NCBI GenBank assembly: GCA_951406725.2 | Contig: OX597824.1 | Coordinates: 79,236,001 to 79,300,000, forward strand | Direction of reading: 5' to 3' | Source: Octopus vulgaris | Taxonomy: Eukaryota | DNA length: 64,000 nt | Shown here: positions 49,505-61,900 of the stretch, piece after piece | Layout of the letters: every line of letters starts with the position of its first letter | Position numbering within the stretch: position 1 is the stretch's first letter | The notes under the pieces: model-generated | Database searches by the model: none | Seen by the model: only the letters and a program-made list of their open reading frames with translations | Told to the model about the DNA's origin: nothing | Position numbers and translations under genes: made by a program

Positions 49505-49870
49505 TAGCCACAGTAAGAACAATCTACACAGTGGATTTAATAAAGGGTGCAGCTCAAATTCCAAAAGCATTACTAATTATGTCAGGCAGCTGAAGAAAGC
49601 TGGAGAGTATAATAGCCGCAATAAGAACAATCTACACACTGGATTTAATAAAGGAGTCAGCTCAAATTCCTAAAGCATTACTGAATATGACAGGCAGCTG
49701 AAGAAGGCTGGAGAGTATAATAGCCACAATAAGAACAATCTACACACTGGATTTAATAAAGGAGTCAGCTCAAATTCCTAAAGCATTACTGAATATGACA
49801 GGCAGCTGAAGAAGGCTGGAGGGAACAATAGCCAAAACTGTAAGAGCTAAGAAGAGGACACTAGTTGAAA
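49505..49870 (+). repeat. 108-bp tandem repeat x3
   Basis: Units start TAGCC at 49505, 49613, 49721 and 49829. Confidence 0.9.
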
Positions 49871-50159
49871 TATTTCCATATATGATTTCATCTCAGAAAT
49901 TCAATCAAAACTCAATAAATAATTTTTGCTAATGCAAGTCACAACTAGTTTCCTTGGACACTGTTGCTGTGTTTGGAAACTACACCAAGTAAAACTTCTT
50001 ATATTGAAAAATTTGAAGAACAAAGCCTTTACACAAATTGCTATATCCATGGTGCTGTGGCTGAAATGGAACTGACCTTAGTGGTGGCGAATATAGACAA
50101 TTTTATTAATTAAACAATGATAAAATGTTTGCTGAAAATTAAAATAAAAACTGACTTAC

Positions 50160-50237
50160 TTTGGAATAAAATGGCTTCTTTGTAACTGAAGCAGGTAAAA
50201 TGTTCGTTCTCAGGTCTTCTTTCTCAAAAAGCAACAC
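50160..50237 (-). CDS. Exon 7 (VLLFEKEDLRTNILPASVTKKPFYSK)
   Basis: ttctctttgaAG acceptor (AAG, weaker) / GTAAGT, 78 nt, phase 0/0. Confidence 0.8.
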
Positions 50238-50717
50238 CTTCAAAGAGAATGATGATATTTCCATGACAGTTTTCCAAAAGTAAGAAGAAAATTAGGAAGA
50301 AATTAAAAGGAAGATTACAGACAGGTTTTGATTCATTAAAAGCGGTAGACATGCCAGGTGCCAAAAGAGAAATTAACTTAACGATAGCACTAATTAATGT
50401 TTGTGTTTACACGGCTATGAGGCTGCGTATTTTTTATATGGTTCAACAAATTTATACCCATCAAGATAGATACTAGTTAACAGAATACAAAGGCACCTAA
50501 TCCTTACCAATGATATTAGATGAGTGTATTTTCTACAGAAAAAGAAAGTGATGATCAGGAAAATGAAGTCATAGCTTCACTGCCATGGACTATGAGTTTG
50601 TTCATTTCATTTAGAAAATAGTCAGAGATGATTCATTCATTGCTGTTTTGTTTCTTTTTCAACAAAACCCCACCCAATGATATACAAGTATAGATGTAAA
50701 GCAAATATTGTTATTAC

Positions 50718-50840
50718 CTCTTTATGAAGATAATTGTAGCCATGACCACCAGCTTTCTCTGCTTCCTCGATCAATTTACCAGATAACTTACGGTGACCTT
50801 TAATGATGGCTTGATGAATGAATTGATAAACTGTTGCAAT
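50718..50840 (-). CDS. Exon 6 (IATVYQFIHQAIIKGHRKLSGKLIEEAEKAGGHGYNYLHKE)
   Basis: ttccAG / GTAATA, 123 nt, phase 0/0. Confidence 0.9.
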
Positions 50841-50926
50841 CTGGAAGGATGAATTAAAGACAAAAGAAAAAAAAATCAGACAAGTCCTTCATCAATTAAT
50901 CAACATATGACATTTATTAAATTAAC

Positions 50927-51595
50927 GTTAGGTGTGCAAGAGAGATGACTGTGCTGGTATGGTCATGTCATGCATATGGATAAGGACAGCTGTGTAAAGA
51001 AGTGCCGATCTGTAACTGTAGAGGGAATCTGTGGTAGAGGGAGACCAAGGAAGACATGTGACGAGGAGGTTAAGCATGATCTTTGCAAACTGAGCCCCAT
51101 GGGGGCAATGGTTACTGACCGCAATCTCTGGAGACATACCATACTTGAGAAGACCTGACAAGCAAAGTGAAATCGTAATCATGAATGATGCTGGTGTCAC
51201 GTAACTGGCACCCATGCTGGTGGCACACAAAAAGCACCTTTTGAGTGTTGGGCCTCACGGAGGAAAGGTGGCACATGTTGGGCCTCACAGGGGTAATGAC
51301 AAACGACTGAGACCTTTGGCATTATGACATGCTTGAGAAGATCCATCAAGCCAAGTGAAATTGTAGTCATGGCAGATACTGGTGTCGCACAAATGGCAGC
51401 CGCGATGGTAGCAATTAAGAGTACCCATTACACTCTCGGAGAGGTTGGCGTTAGGAGGGGCATCTAGCCATAGAAACCATGCCAATTCAGACTAGAGAGT
51501 GATACGGCCTTCCAGCTTGCCAGCCTTGGTCAAACCGTCCAAGCTATGCTAGCATGGACAATGGACATTAAAATGATAATGATGATGAAGATAAT
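50927..51595 (+). mobile_element. RTE LINE ORF2 3' end joined to the (GAT)n-tailed 3'UTR
   Basis: WYGHVMHMDKDSCVKKCRSVTVEGICGRGRPRKT..W* runs directly into the GGCACAC/GTAAAAAGCACC modules and the GGCATCCAGC core. Confidence 0.8.
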
Positions 51596-51789
51596 GTTAA
51601 CATATTTAAATGCAGTGAGTTTCAAAGAACCAACAAGAAAAAATTATGCAATGTAGAAAAAAATACCAAGAGTGTGATGCAAATAAATCCATTCTTCTAT
51701 TGAGATAACTGAAAAGAAATGACGCAAAGATGCTCTGCTGGATATGCAATATTAGTGGGAGCAGGTGCACTATTATCATTCCACATATA

Positions 51790-53035
51790 CAGGGATTGGA
51801 CAAAATAGTGGAAACACCTTAAAATTTCTAACAAATTTACTTTAATATGGGGTAGGACCATCTTTGGCAGTAATTACAGCATGAATTCTTACGAGGTATG
51901 GACTCGTACAAAGTTTGAATTGTTTCCAAAGGAATTTTTGTCCATTCTTCAGCTAAAACAGTCTCATGTTCCTGTCGTGATGATGGTGGAGGATATCGAC
52001 TCCTTACTTGTTTTTTTAAAATGCACCATAAATGTTCAATAATATGGAGATCTGGGGACTGTGGTGGCTAGATAAGATGTTCAAATTCACTAGAATGTTC
52101 CTCATGTCATTCAGTAACATTTAGCTGCGTGAATTGAGCAATTATCATCCTGAAAGATTGCGTTTTCCTCCGGAAACAGTTCTGCAACCATGGGATGAAT
52201 TTGATCAGATAAAATGTTTGAATAGTCTTGACTATTAATTCTGCCATGAGGGGAAACCATTTGGCCGGTGGATTTCCAAGATATAGCCCCCCAGATCATC
52301 ACAGATCCTCCTCCATGTTTAACATGGAAGAAGGCAGTCTGGGTCAAATGTTTCTTTTGGCTGGTAGTCGGAAATAAGGTAAAGGAGGACTCGTCCACGA
52401 AAATAACATTCTTCCACTGCTCTAGGGACCAATTCTGTAGGTTTTTACTCCACTCTAAAAGCTTTGCAACATTTGTTTTTGAAAGTAGTAGTTTTCTGAT
52501 TGCAGCCCTCCCATGAAATCTGGATTTGGGCAGCTCCTGACGAACAGTTTTTGTGGAAACTGAGTTCTTGAGGTGGTCATTAAGCTCTGCTATAATTTTG
52601 GGAGCTGTATTTTTGTAATCCATTCTAACAATTCGCGTAGAGTCAAACCACCCTAACTGAAAGTTTTGGTTTTCTTCCAGAGTTTTGTTTCGACAAGAAA
52701 ATTTTTCCCTCTTTCTCAAAGGCTGTCATTACTTTCAAGAGAGTACTTCTTGATACACCAAACATATCGGCTGTTTTTGTTACACAAGTGCCTGCCATAC
52801 GAGCACCAACAATTTGACCTCTTTGAAAGTCCAACAGATCTGTTGTTTTAATGAGTTTTAATTACCTTTTTCTGATGATATCTGAAAACAAACAGCAATT
52901 TTAGCAAAACACATTAAGCAACACTAATAATAAATCAAAAAACATAAAAGTAAACAAGCCTTTGACAGTTTTAAAGATATTTCAAAATTATGATGCTATG
53001 ATGTTAGGTGTTTCCATTATTTTGTCCAACCTCTG
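51790..53035 (-). mobile_element. Tc1/mariner (Tc1-like) transposon, 1246 bp
   Basis: 30-bp TIRs CAGRGRTTGGACAAAATARTGGAAACACCT (3 mismatches), TA target duplication on both sides. Confidence 0.92.
51850..52834 (-). pseudogene. Disrupted Tc1 transposase
   Basis: HTH start DFQRGQIVGARMAG, then W.NVIFVDESSF, VKHGGGSVMIWG, FQDDN and *PPQSPDLHIIEHLW, with frameshifts and a W-to-TAG stop. Confidence 0.9.
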
Positions 53036-53112
53036 TACATCTGTCAAAATGATATCTTAATTCTCTTTTGTTATAAATAATATGAAAATTAAAATGGTCC
53101 AAATTAATTCAC

Positions 53113-53238
53113 CTGCTCATCTCTAGTTTCATTCTGATTAGTATCAAACAAAATTTCCAGAATTTCTTTACTGGCTCCAACTGACACAGCATATTCAAAG
53201 TATTTTTCAGGAGAACATTCAGCGTCATTATCGACATC
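53113..53238 (-). CDS. Exon 5 (DVDNDAECSPEKYFEYAVSVGASKEILEILFDTNQNETRDEQ)
   Basis: ttttcAG / GTGAAT, 126 nt, phase 0/0, open frame. Confidence 0.85.
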
Positions 53239-53459
53239 CTGAAAAATACAAACAAAAAAGACAAATGATATAACACACACTATTTTGTATAAGTGTATAT
53301 ATTAGAAGCATTGGGGGTGAGGTACAGATTTAATACATATGAAAGAAAAAGGCGTTCAGAATGCTGGATGGTTGTATATAGAAAAATATATATATTTACG
53401 TTTATATATTTGCTTTGCAAGATTTTTGATGTGAAATCGTGTGTTGAAACAGATTTTGT

Positions 53460-53571
53460 TGTATTTAGGAACGGTCATGTTGGCCAGTTTAGCCAATAAA
53501 AAACACATGCACTATATATAGTGCGTGTGTTTTTATTGGCTAAACGGGGAAAATGACCATTCCTAAATACG
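53460..53571. repeat. Near-perfect palindrome of about 55-bp arms centred on TATATA
   Basis: GTATTTAGGAACGGTCAT..GCAC-TATATATA-GTGC..ATGACCATTCCTAAATAC. Confidence 0.9.
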
Positions 53572-53667
53572 ATATATATATTTATTTACATATCACATAT
53601 TATTTCTTCAAATCACATATTTAATTACATATTTAAGCGCTTTCAATTACTACTGTAGTCTCATCAA

Positions 53668-53713
<46 letters not shown>

Positions 53714-55123
53714 TAGACAAATAAATATATACACACACACACATATATAGACAAGTGTACCGTTAACGTAGTTCTCAGGGAGATTCAGTGTAATACAAAA
53801 TGTGACGAGGCTGGCCCTTTTGAACAACAGGTGCTGTATATTTCCACCAGTGGAGTGGACTGGAGCACCAGTGGGTATCAAACTCACAACTTTATGATTA
53901 TGAGCTGAATATCCTAACCACTAAACCATGTGCCTTCTGTCTCTCTCTCTCTCTCTCTCTAGGTAATAGTGATGGATGGAGCATGAGGATACTAAAACAC
54001 ATGCTAAGCAATAGTTATAAGCAGAGTTCTAAAACAAAGCAACACACACTAGGCAACAGCAATAAGGGTACCAGGAGTCTAAAGCAACAGACACCAGTTT
54101 ATATGATATGTGCAACAAGCTTACACTAGCCTTATTTCTTGTTCGTTTGTTCCTTATTGTTCATATGTGTTCTTCACATCAATGTGTGTGTGTGTGTATA
54201 TGTGAGTATATATATATATATATATATATATAAGGGTAAAAAAATTATAGGAGTAAAAAAAAAATTATAATTTTTCACACTAAAATTTTTCCCTAATTCC
54301 TAAGCCATTATGGTATGCAGTTTAAATATATTATTTGCCACTGGCTATGTGACTGCACTTAATTTGGAAACATAATGTAAAAGTATGCAGCTCACGCATG
54401 TATATCGGTACATATTAAGCTACATAATTGTGCATTGCCTTAGCGACCCCACTGAGGAAGTACAGACGACAAATTAATTTATTTGTTCATTAATATAGAA
54501 ACTCGAGTTTGGGGTTAACTATAAATAATTTTTGCTTTCATTCTCTTTTGAAATTACATTTTTTCATTTTTTGGGTTTGACTGTTCCTTCTAGCATGTAA
54601 GGTGTCCTATCAAGGGTCTTCTCTGTGTTCTTATACACTCTCATATATATATATATATCTCTGTTTACTCTTTTACTTGTTTCAGTCCTTTCACAGCGGC
54701 CATGTTGGAGTACCGCCTTTAGTTGAGCAACTCGACCCCAGGACTTATTCTTTGTAAGCCCAGTACTTATTCTATCGGTCTCTTTTGCTGAACCGCTAAG
54801 TGACGGCGACGTAAACACACCAGCATCGGTTGTCAAGCAATGCTAGGGGGACAAACACAGACACACAAACATGCACACACACACACACACACATACGACG
54901 GGCTTCTTTCAGTTTCCGTCTACCAAATCCACTCGCAAGGCTTTGGTCGGCCCGAGGCTATAGTAGAAGACACTTGCTCAAGATGCCACGCAGTGGGACT
55001 GAACCCGGAACCTTGTGGTTGGTAAGCAAGCTACTTATCACACAGCCACTTCTGTGGCTATATATATATGAAAATGATAAAATATCTATTCTATTATCAA
55101 TTTTACAGAATATTTGGAAATAC

Positions 55124-55211
55124 CTTAGTGAGAGCATTGTTTCCTTCGCGGTTTCCTCTGCCAAGGGTGATAGAACGAATATTATGAATTCCAAGAAAAA
55201 CAGGATTGTAC
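55124..55211 (-). CDS. Exon 4 (YNPVFLGIHNIRSITLGRGNREGNNALTK)
   Basis: ttcAG / GTATTT, 88 nt, phase 2/0. Confidence 0.9.
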
Positions 55212-55878
55212 CTGAAGAAAAGAAAGATGAACCAAGTAAAATAACAATATTTACTCCAACTTAAAAGGCAATAATTAAAATAATACTTTCTAAATATTAT
55301 TAATACAAACTTCTTCACAAACATGTATTTAAATGTTAAAACAAACAAGCAAAAATTTTTAATATAGCTGTAGATCAGTGACACAAGGTTTTGTTGCTCA
55401 CTGCCCACTTTTACCAAACTGCATTTTACAAAATCACTCAGAATCCTTCAGTATGTGTTGAGAAGAAAAAAAACAGAAACAGCAGATTATTCTAATGAAA
55501 CAGAAGTTCATTTTGTTCAGTGCTTTAGTATCCATATTGTCTTCTACTGTCACATCCAGCATCTACCAAATCTACTGACAAGGATTTGGTCAGCCCAAGG
55601 CTATAGTAGAAGACACTTACCCAAGGTGTCTCACAGTGGGACTGAACCTGGAACCATGTGGTTGGGAAGCAAGTTTCTTATCACATACCCATTTTAAAAC
55701 GATATTATAGGGTAGATGGGAAAGTCCAGATCTAACCAGTTTGAACATGAAGCAAATAGAATATTTGGGCTGGATATGATCAGTTTCAATGCTAGAGGGT
55801 TAAACTTTAAGAGGTAGACACTGATACCACAACCATTATCATAATTATCATTAACAGTTTTTAATATTGACTACTTAC

Positions 55879-56045
55879 CATCCAGTGCCCATCGAGTCGA
55901 TCAACACAGGTGGTTTGTTTGTGATAGATTTGCGGGTTGTACCAAAATAGTCTTCAGCGAGGTACCCTACAAACCCTCGGTACTGACGTTGAATAGCATA
56001 ATGTAAAGCTGTCAATTCATTTTTTGGTGACCTCACATAATCAAG
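55879..56045 (-). CDS. Exon 3 (LDYVRSPKNELTALHYAIQRQ...MGTG)
   Basis: ttcAG / GTAAGT, 167 nt, phase 0/2, ankyrin TALH motif. Confidence 0.9.
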
Positions 56046-56997
56046 CTGAACAAAGAGAGAGAGAGAGAAAAAAAAACCCAATATTTACCAATTATAGAAC
56101 ATTATAAATACATATAATTACAAAATGAAAATCAAATATTTTTTAGTTTTATAGATTATGTTTAATTAGGATAGATTATATGTTTAGTTAGAAAAGCCTA
56201 TATGTTGTTAATGAGAGTATAGTAGTTCATTTTAATAATCACATCATCATTATCATCATCGTTTAACATCCGCTTTCCATGCTAGCATGGGTTGGACGAT
56301 TTTGACTGAGGGCTGGCGAACCAGATGGCTGCACCAGGCTTCAATCTTGATTTGGCAGAGTTTCTACAGCTGGATGCCCTTCCTAACGCCAACCACTCCA
56401 AGAGTGTAGTGGGTGCTTTTTACGTGCCACTGGCATGGGGGCCAGTTGGCTGCTCTGGCAACGATCACGCTCGGATGGTGCTCTTGGCGCCCTACTAGCA
56501 CGGGCACAAGTGCCAGTAAGGCAACGCTGGTAAGGATCACGCTCGAATGGTGCCCTTTAAGTGCCACTGGCATGGAAGCCAGTTAGCTGCTCTGTCAATG
56601 ATCACGCTCGTATGGGGCTCTTTGCACCCTACTAGCATGGATGCCAGTCATCGAATTTGATTTTGATTGATTCATTTATTTGATTTCACTTGCCTCAACA
56701 GGTCTTCGCAAGCAGAGTTTTAGTGTCTAAAGAAGGAAAAGGTACGCATAAGTGGGCTGGTTACGCCCCTGGCATAGGCCATGAGATTATGGTTTCATCT
56801 TCAGATATGAAAATTGTTTACAAAAAAATATTTAAATCTAAGCTACATATCAACAAGTTTGATAATCATTATCAAGTGTTGTATTTCAGGATGTGAACAT
56901 ATAGGATTCAAACCAGCAATCATTATTTCTAAACTGAAGTTAGTAACAACACTCTTTTATGTATCACAGAGAGAGTAATAACATGAGGAACACTTAC

Positions 56998-57097
56998 ACC
57001 ATACTTGAGAGATTTGAGCAGAGTCATGTCATTCAATAAAACAGCACGGATGGCTAATTTTCCATTTACATGGGGAGAGATGAAAGGCACAGGTTCG
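56998..57097 (-). CDS. Exon 2 (EPVPFISPHVNGKLAIRAVLLNDMTLLKSLKYG)
   Basis: ttttAG / GTAAGT, 100 nt, phase 2/0. Confidence 0.85.
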
Positions 57098-57528
57098 CTA
57101 AAAATATAAATAAAATCACGACAGGTTAAGGTAAGCAAGTTCTTCAGGTAAAAGAGAGAAAAAAAGCATTTGAGAAGCAGATGGCACAAAAGGAAAATGA
57201 AGAAGAATGAGAAATTTTAATCAACCTAAACAGAGGAATAACTAAAATGCATGTAATATATTATACTACAGTGCAATTTTCTACAGCCAGATACCCTTCC
57301 TGTTGCCAACCTTTACTTGTTACCCTGCAAGTTAATATTTCTCCACGACCGATTATGTTTTCATCAAAGACTGGAAACAAAGAACACCACTTACATGACA
57401 ATGACATTCACTTACAACTATCACATGAAGTGAAAGTTAAGAGAGAATAAAACACACACACACACACACACATGACAAGCTTCTTTCAGTTTCCGTCTAC
57501 CAAATTCACTCACAAGGTTTTTTTCTAT

Positions 57529-57563
57529 GTTTCTGACGAAGAGCTCCATTCGAAACGTTAAAT
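57529..57563 (+). ncRNA. Minimal type-I hammerhead-like motif with intact CUGANGA/GAAAC core
   Basis: GTTT-CTGACGA-A-GAGctccaTTC-GAAAC-GTT-AAAT, within a repeat (about 57520-57680) that ends in (TA)n. Confidence 0.55.
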
Positions 57564-57652
57564 CTTCCTTCTTTCTTTCCTTTCCTGAGTCTCCAATAAC
57601 ACTATATTTGCTCCACGTCCTCGCGTTGTTGTGTTTTCAAGTTTGGATTAAC

Positions 57653-57683
<31 letters not shown>

Positions 57684-57929
57684 TGATCATTATTTTGAAC
57701 CACCAAGCTGTTGGGCTTGTAAAACTCTTATTCAACCCCTTTCATTCCTGACACCATTTCTATTCTAAGTCGGACCATTTTATACGTAAACTTATGTACA
57801 TTTTTTGTATTAAGTGTATTTAATACTTTTTGTATACCAACTTGCTTGCCCTCTACCTGCTCAAGTTTAAATCTCTTGAGCACTACAAGGTATATTCTAT
57901 ACAGAGAATAGCCGTCTCTAATCTATCTA

Positions 57930-57975
<46 letters not shown>

Positions 57976-58370
57976 CATTGAATGACAACTGCAAACCCTC
58001 TCAGTTAATATTTTCTAGGCCAAATATTACCTTTTCAAATTAGACAACACAGAAGAAAAAAATAACAAAACATTCTTAGATCAACAACTTTTCTTTTCTT
58101 TGGTGTTATGTATAAAAGAGACCTTTAATCCATATTTATATTTCAGAATTTTGTATCAAGCCATTTTATGAACAATAGAACATTATAGGCATGCTTTCAA
58201 TGAGCAAATCGCAGGATCACTGCATTTCACATGGCAAGTAATAGTGCACTGGTTTCTTATTGCACATCTGTGCATCTTTGACCAATATACACAGATGGCA
58301 AGCTTTTGCACACTTTCCAGCTATCTTATTTCATTCACAAGTCATTGGTCAAGCCAATGGTATAGCATTT

Positions 58371-58967
58371 AAAGGCAGCGAGCTGGCAGAAATGCTAGCA
58401 CGCTGGGCAAAATGCTTAGCAGTATTTCGTCTGCCGCTCCGATCTGAGTTCAAATTCCGCCGAGGTCGACTTTGCCTTTCACCCTTTCGGGGTCGATAAA
58501 TTAAGTACCAGTTACGCACTGGGGTCGATATAATTGACTTAATCCGTTTGCATGTCTTTGTTTGTCCTCTCTGTGTTTAGCCCCTTGTGAGTAGTAAAGA
58601 AATAGGTATTTCATCTGTCTTTACGTTCTGAGTTCAAATTCCGCCGAGGTCGACTTTGCCTTTCACCCTTTCGGGGTCGATAAATTAAGTACCAGTTACG
58701 CACTGGGGTCGATATAATCGACTTAATCCATTTGCATGTCCTTGTTTGTCCTCTCTGTGTTTAGCCCCTTGTGAGTAGTAAAGAAATAGGTATTTCATCT
58801 GTCTTTACGCTCTGAGTTCAAATTCCGCCGAGGTCGACTTTGCCTTTCATCCTTTCGGAGTCGTACCAGTTACGCACTGGGGTCAATATAATCGACTTAA
58901 TCCGTTTGTATGTCCTTGTTTGTCCTCTCTGTGGTTAGCCCCTTGTGGGTAGTAAAGAAATAGGTAT
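58371..58967 (+). mobile_element. Tandem trimer of SINE family A
   Basis: One full head, then two further units restarting at GGTATTTCATCTGTC (about 58605 and 58789). Confidence 0.9.
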
Positions 58968-61900
58968 AGCAGTGGATGCTTAAGGTGTAGTATAGTGAAA
59001 CTGATCCTAGAACAATATGGCTGTGTAGCAAACCTCTTAACCAAATGACCTCATTGCAGAGCAAAGCAGCTACCTGAAGTAACAGAGTATTGAACAGTGA
59101 GTTGGAAAGGTCATTATATCTTTTGAAAGTTGTTGTTTACTTGACCATGAGTGAGCAGGCCTGTGCTTGAAAGCATTCCAGCAAGCATTTTGTCTTTTAG
59201 AAGTATGTAGACTGCATTATTCAAAGTGATCTTCAAGAAACATTATAATGGAAGCAAACAATGAGTTCGTCTTCAAAAAACTATATTCACTGATCAATAT
59301 CCAATTTACACCTTTCTCTGCCAATGCCTTTGATACATCTGAGAGGCACAGACTCAATCAGGTGCTGGCAAAGACGAATAAGAAATTTGTTTCCAGGGCT
59401 GTTTGATCACACTTAACAGATTCTTGAGATTTGACTGTTTCGAAGCTGAAGACAATAGTGTATGATTTGAGGGTATTTGGCTGCTGTTTCTAACAGCTCA
59501 AGTGACTACTTAAAGGCAACTTTGTCAGCTCATTTTGTATGTTGTGACAGCTGTTATAATCTGACTTGTGGTTGTTACACTTAATTCCCAAAGACACATA
59601 ACTACCAAGCTGCAAACTGGATATTGCTGTTGGGGTGTTATGGTTCACCTGCTTCAAAACAGTAAAAAAAACAGATGACTAAGTATGTTCTTAGGTAGTC
59701 TTGTTCAGTTCAACCCCACCATACATGCATATGAGCTTAGTAAGGGATGAGCTACACCACTCTACTAAATTAAGAAGAGTTCATTAGCTCTTATTAGATT
59801 AAGACAAGATCCCACAAAAATTTGAGCTCCATCATGTTGAGGTGAATTTCACCACATTGAGATGATAAGCTCCATTAAGTTGATTATGGGCGCAATTACA
59901 CTGAGTCCAAGCTACAGTAAGTGGACACAAACAGTGTTTTTAACACATACAGTGTAGGAGTACTAAGTCATTATATGACATTCCTACAACCTAATAATTC
60001 AAGGTCACTATTTTATGTTTTTAGTTTTTTAGAGATTGCTTTATTTTAATTTAATTTTGCTTCAAACCCTTGTGGCAGCAGGTGTGTTAACAGATTGGAT
60101 AAATCAATATAAACAATGACAACAAAACAAACAGGTAAATTTAACTCAGGTAAAATGAGAGTAACTCAATCAAGTTTGTTGGCTCTATGGCATTAAATTA
60201 TGCTATTAATGATTGAAAATGGGCATTAATTAGCTGGATAAATTGGATTTGGATTTAATTTATTACTATATATGAATAATGTATCCATTATGATGCCTGG
60301 GTGAAGTGGAAGGTTTATGGTATGCTAAAGCTGAAGCCACTCTCTTGAGAAATCAAATCTTGTCAAAAAATTATTTTCATCATTACTTGCTTTCTCTTTC
60401 TCTCTCTCTCTCCACCATCACCATCATCGTTTAACGTCCACTTTCCATGCTAGCATGGGTTGGAAAATTTGACTGATGTCTGGCGAACCAGATGGCTGCA
60501 CCAGGCTCCAATCTGATCTGGCAGAGTTTCTACAGCTGGATGCCCTTCCTAATGCCAATCACTCCGAGAGTGTAGTGGGTGCTACCAGTAATATATTATG
60601 GTTCAGGTTTTAACACAGAATTAGAAAAGGGAAAAAATAATTTATTCAAATTATTTACACCTATCCAATTTAATGAGATGGTGATGGGCAGTGACTGAAG
60701 TTGCTGTAATGTACTTGCATCAGCTAAATTCCTCTATAATGTGAAATGAAGCATTAACCTGACCTGAGAATGCTGTGTCTCACAGAGATGACAAAGGACT
60801 ACACTGATTGGTGATATGCAGTGCTGCAGAAGACCTGACCACTCCTGGCTAAACATAGCAGTGACAAACAGGTAGTGTTTAGAAGCTGTGAAATGTCCCC
60901 TGCCAAGCCTATCTTTTCCATCCCTTCACCATGTATCCTAAACACTTTCTTTCATCCCACTCCTTTCACCTGTCTCCTTATCACTCACGACTCTCCATCT
61001 TTCATCTCTCCACCACCTGTGCTGATCACAACATCTTCTTCACTCTGATCTGTCTCACCTTTCACTAGGCCACATACAAGTGAATGCATTGCACCCCCTA
61101 TCCATCCTCCTACACTTTAATTTCGCCCTTGCAATTCTTATTTCTTTACTGCCCACAAGGGGCTACACATAGAAAGGATAAACAAGGACAGATAAACAGA
61201 TTAAGTCGATTATATTGCCCCCAGTGCGTAACTGGTACTTAATTTATCAACCCCCGAAAGGATGAAAGGCAAAGTCAACCTCAGCGGAATTTGAACTCAG
61301 AACGTAACAACAAATGAAATACCGCTAAGCAATTCACCTGGCGTGCTAACGTTTCTGCCAGCTCGCCGCCTTCTACCAGTTAGCACTCTCTCTCCGCTCT
61401 GGTCTATCCAAATAATTTAATAATTAAAATTTCCTTTCCTTGTTCTTTCATGAAGACGCAAAACTTAGCAGTCAATACTGTGCGTGTACATACATAACAT
61501 GATCAATCATGAGACTGACCAGACTATAAGATGTTATATATCACTGGTCACAATGCGCTTTGCATTGCTTTAGCTTTTGAATGATGCCACCATCCCCACT
61601 GATCAGAAGGCTATTCTGTCACAGGGTTACCTATTTACAGCTTAGCAGGCTGGAGCAACATGAAATGAATGAAGTGTTTTGCTGAAGAACACAATGTGCT
61701 GCTCAGTCCAGGAATCGAACTCACAATCTAGCAATCATGAGTGCTACACCCTAACCACTAAGACATGATGTGTGTGTGTGTGTATATCCCTCTCTCTCTT
61801 TCAGAGAGGCACTGAGCAACTATACGCACACATACACACACGGCAGTAACTTCCACCTACCGAATTCAATCACAAAGCTTCGGTCGACTCGGGGCTTTAG

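Noticed and set aside
49505-49835. CRISPR-like array (also considered for the GGCACGTAAAAAGCACC module arrays)
   Set aside because: Units are whole tandem duplications or have mutually related spacers, there are no cas genes, and the context is a eukaryotic intron.
58970-60370. Repeat-poor stretch of intron 1 as a hidden exon or nested gene
   Set aside because: No ORF of 60 aa or more, no convincing splice pair found, and the flanking exons join in phase without it.
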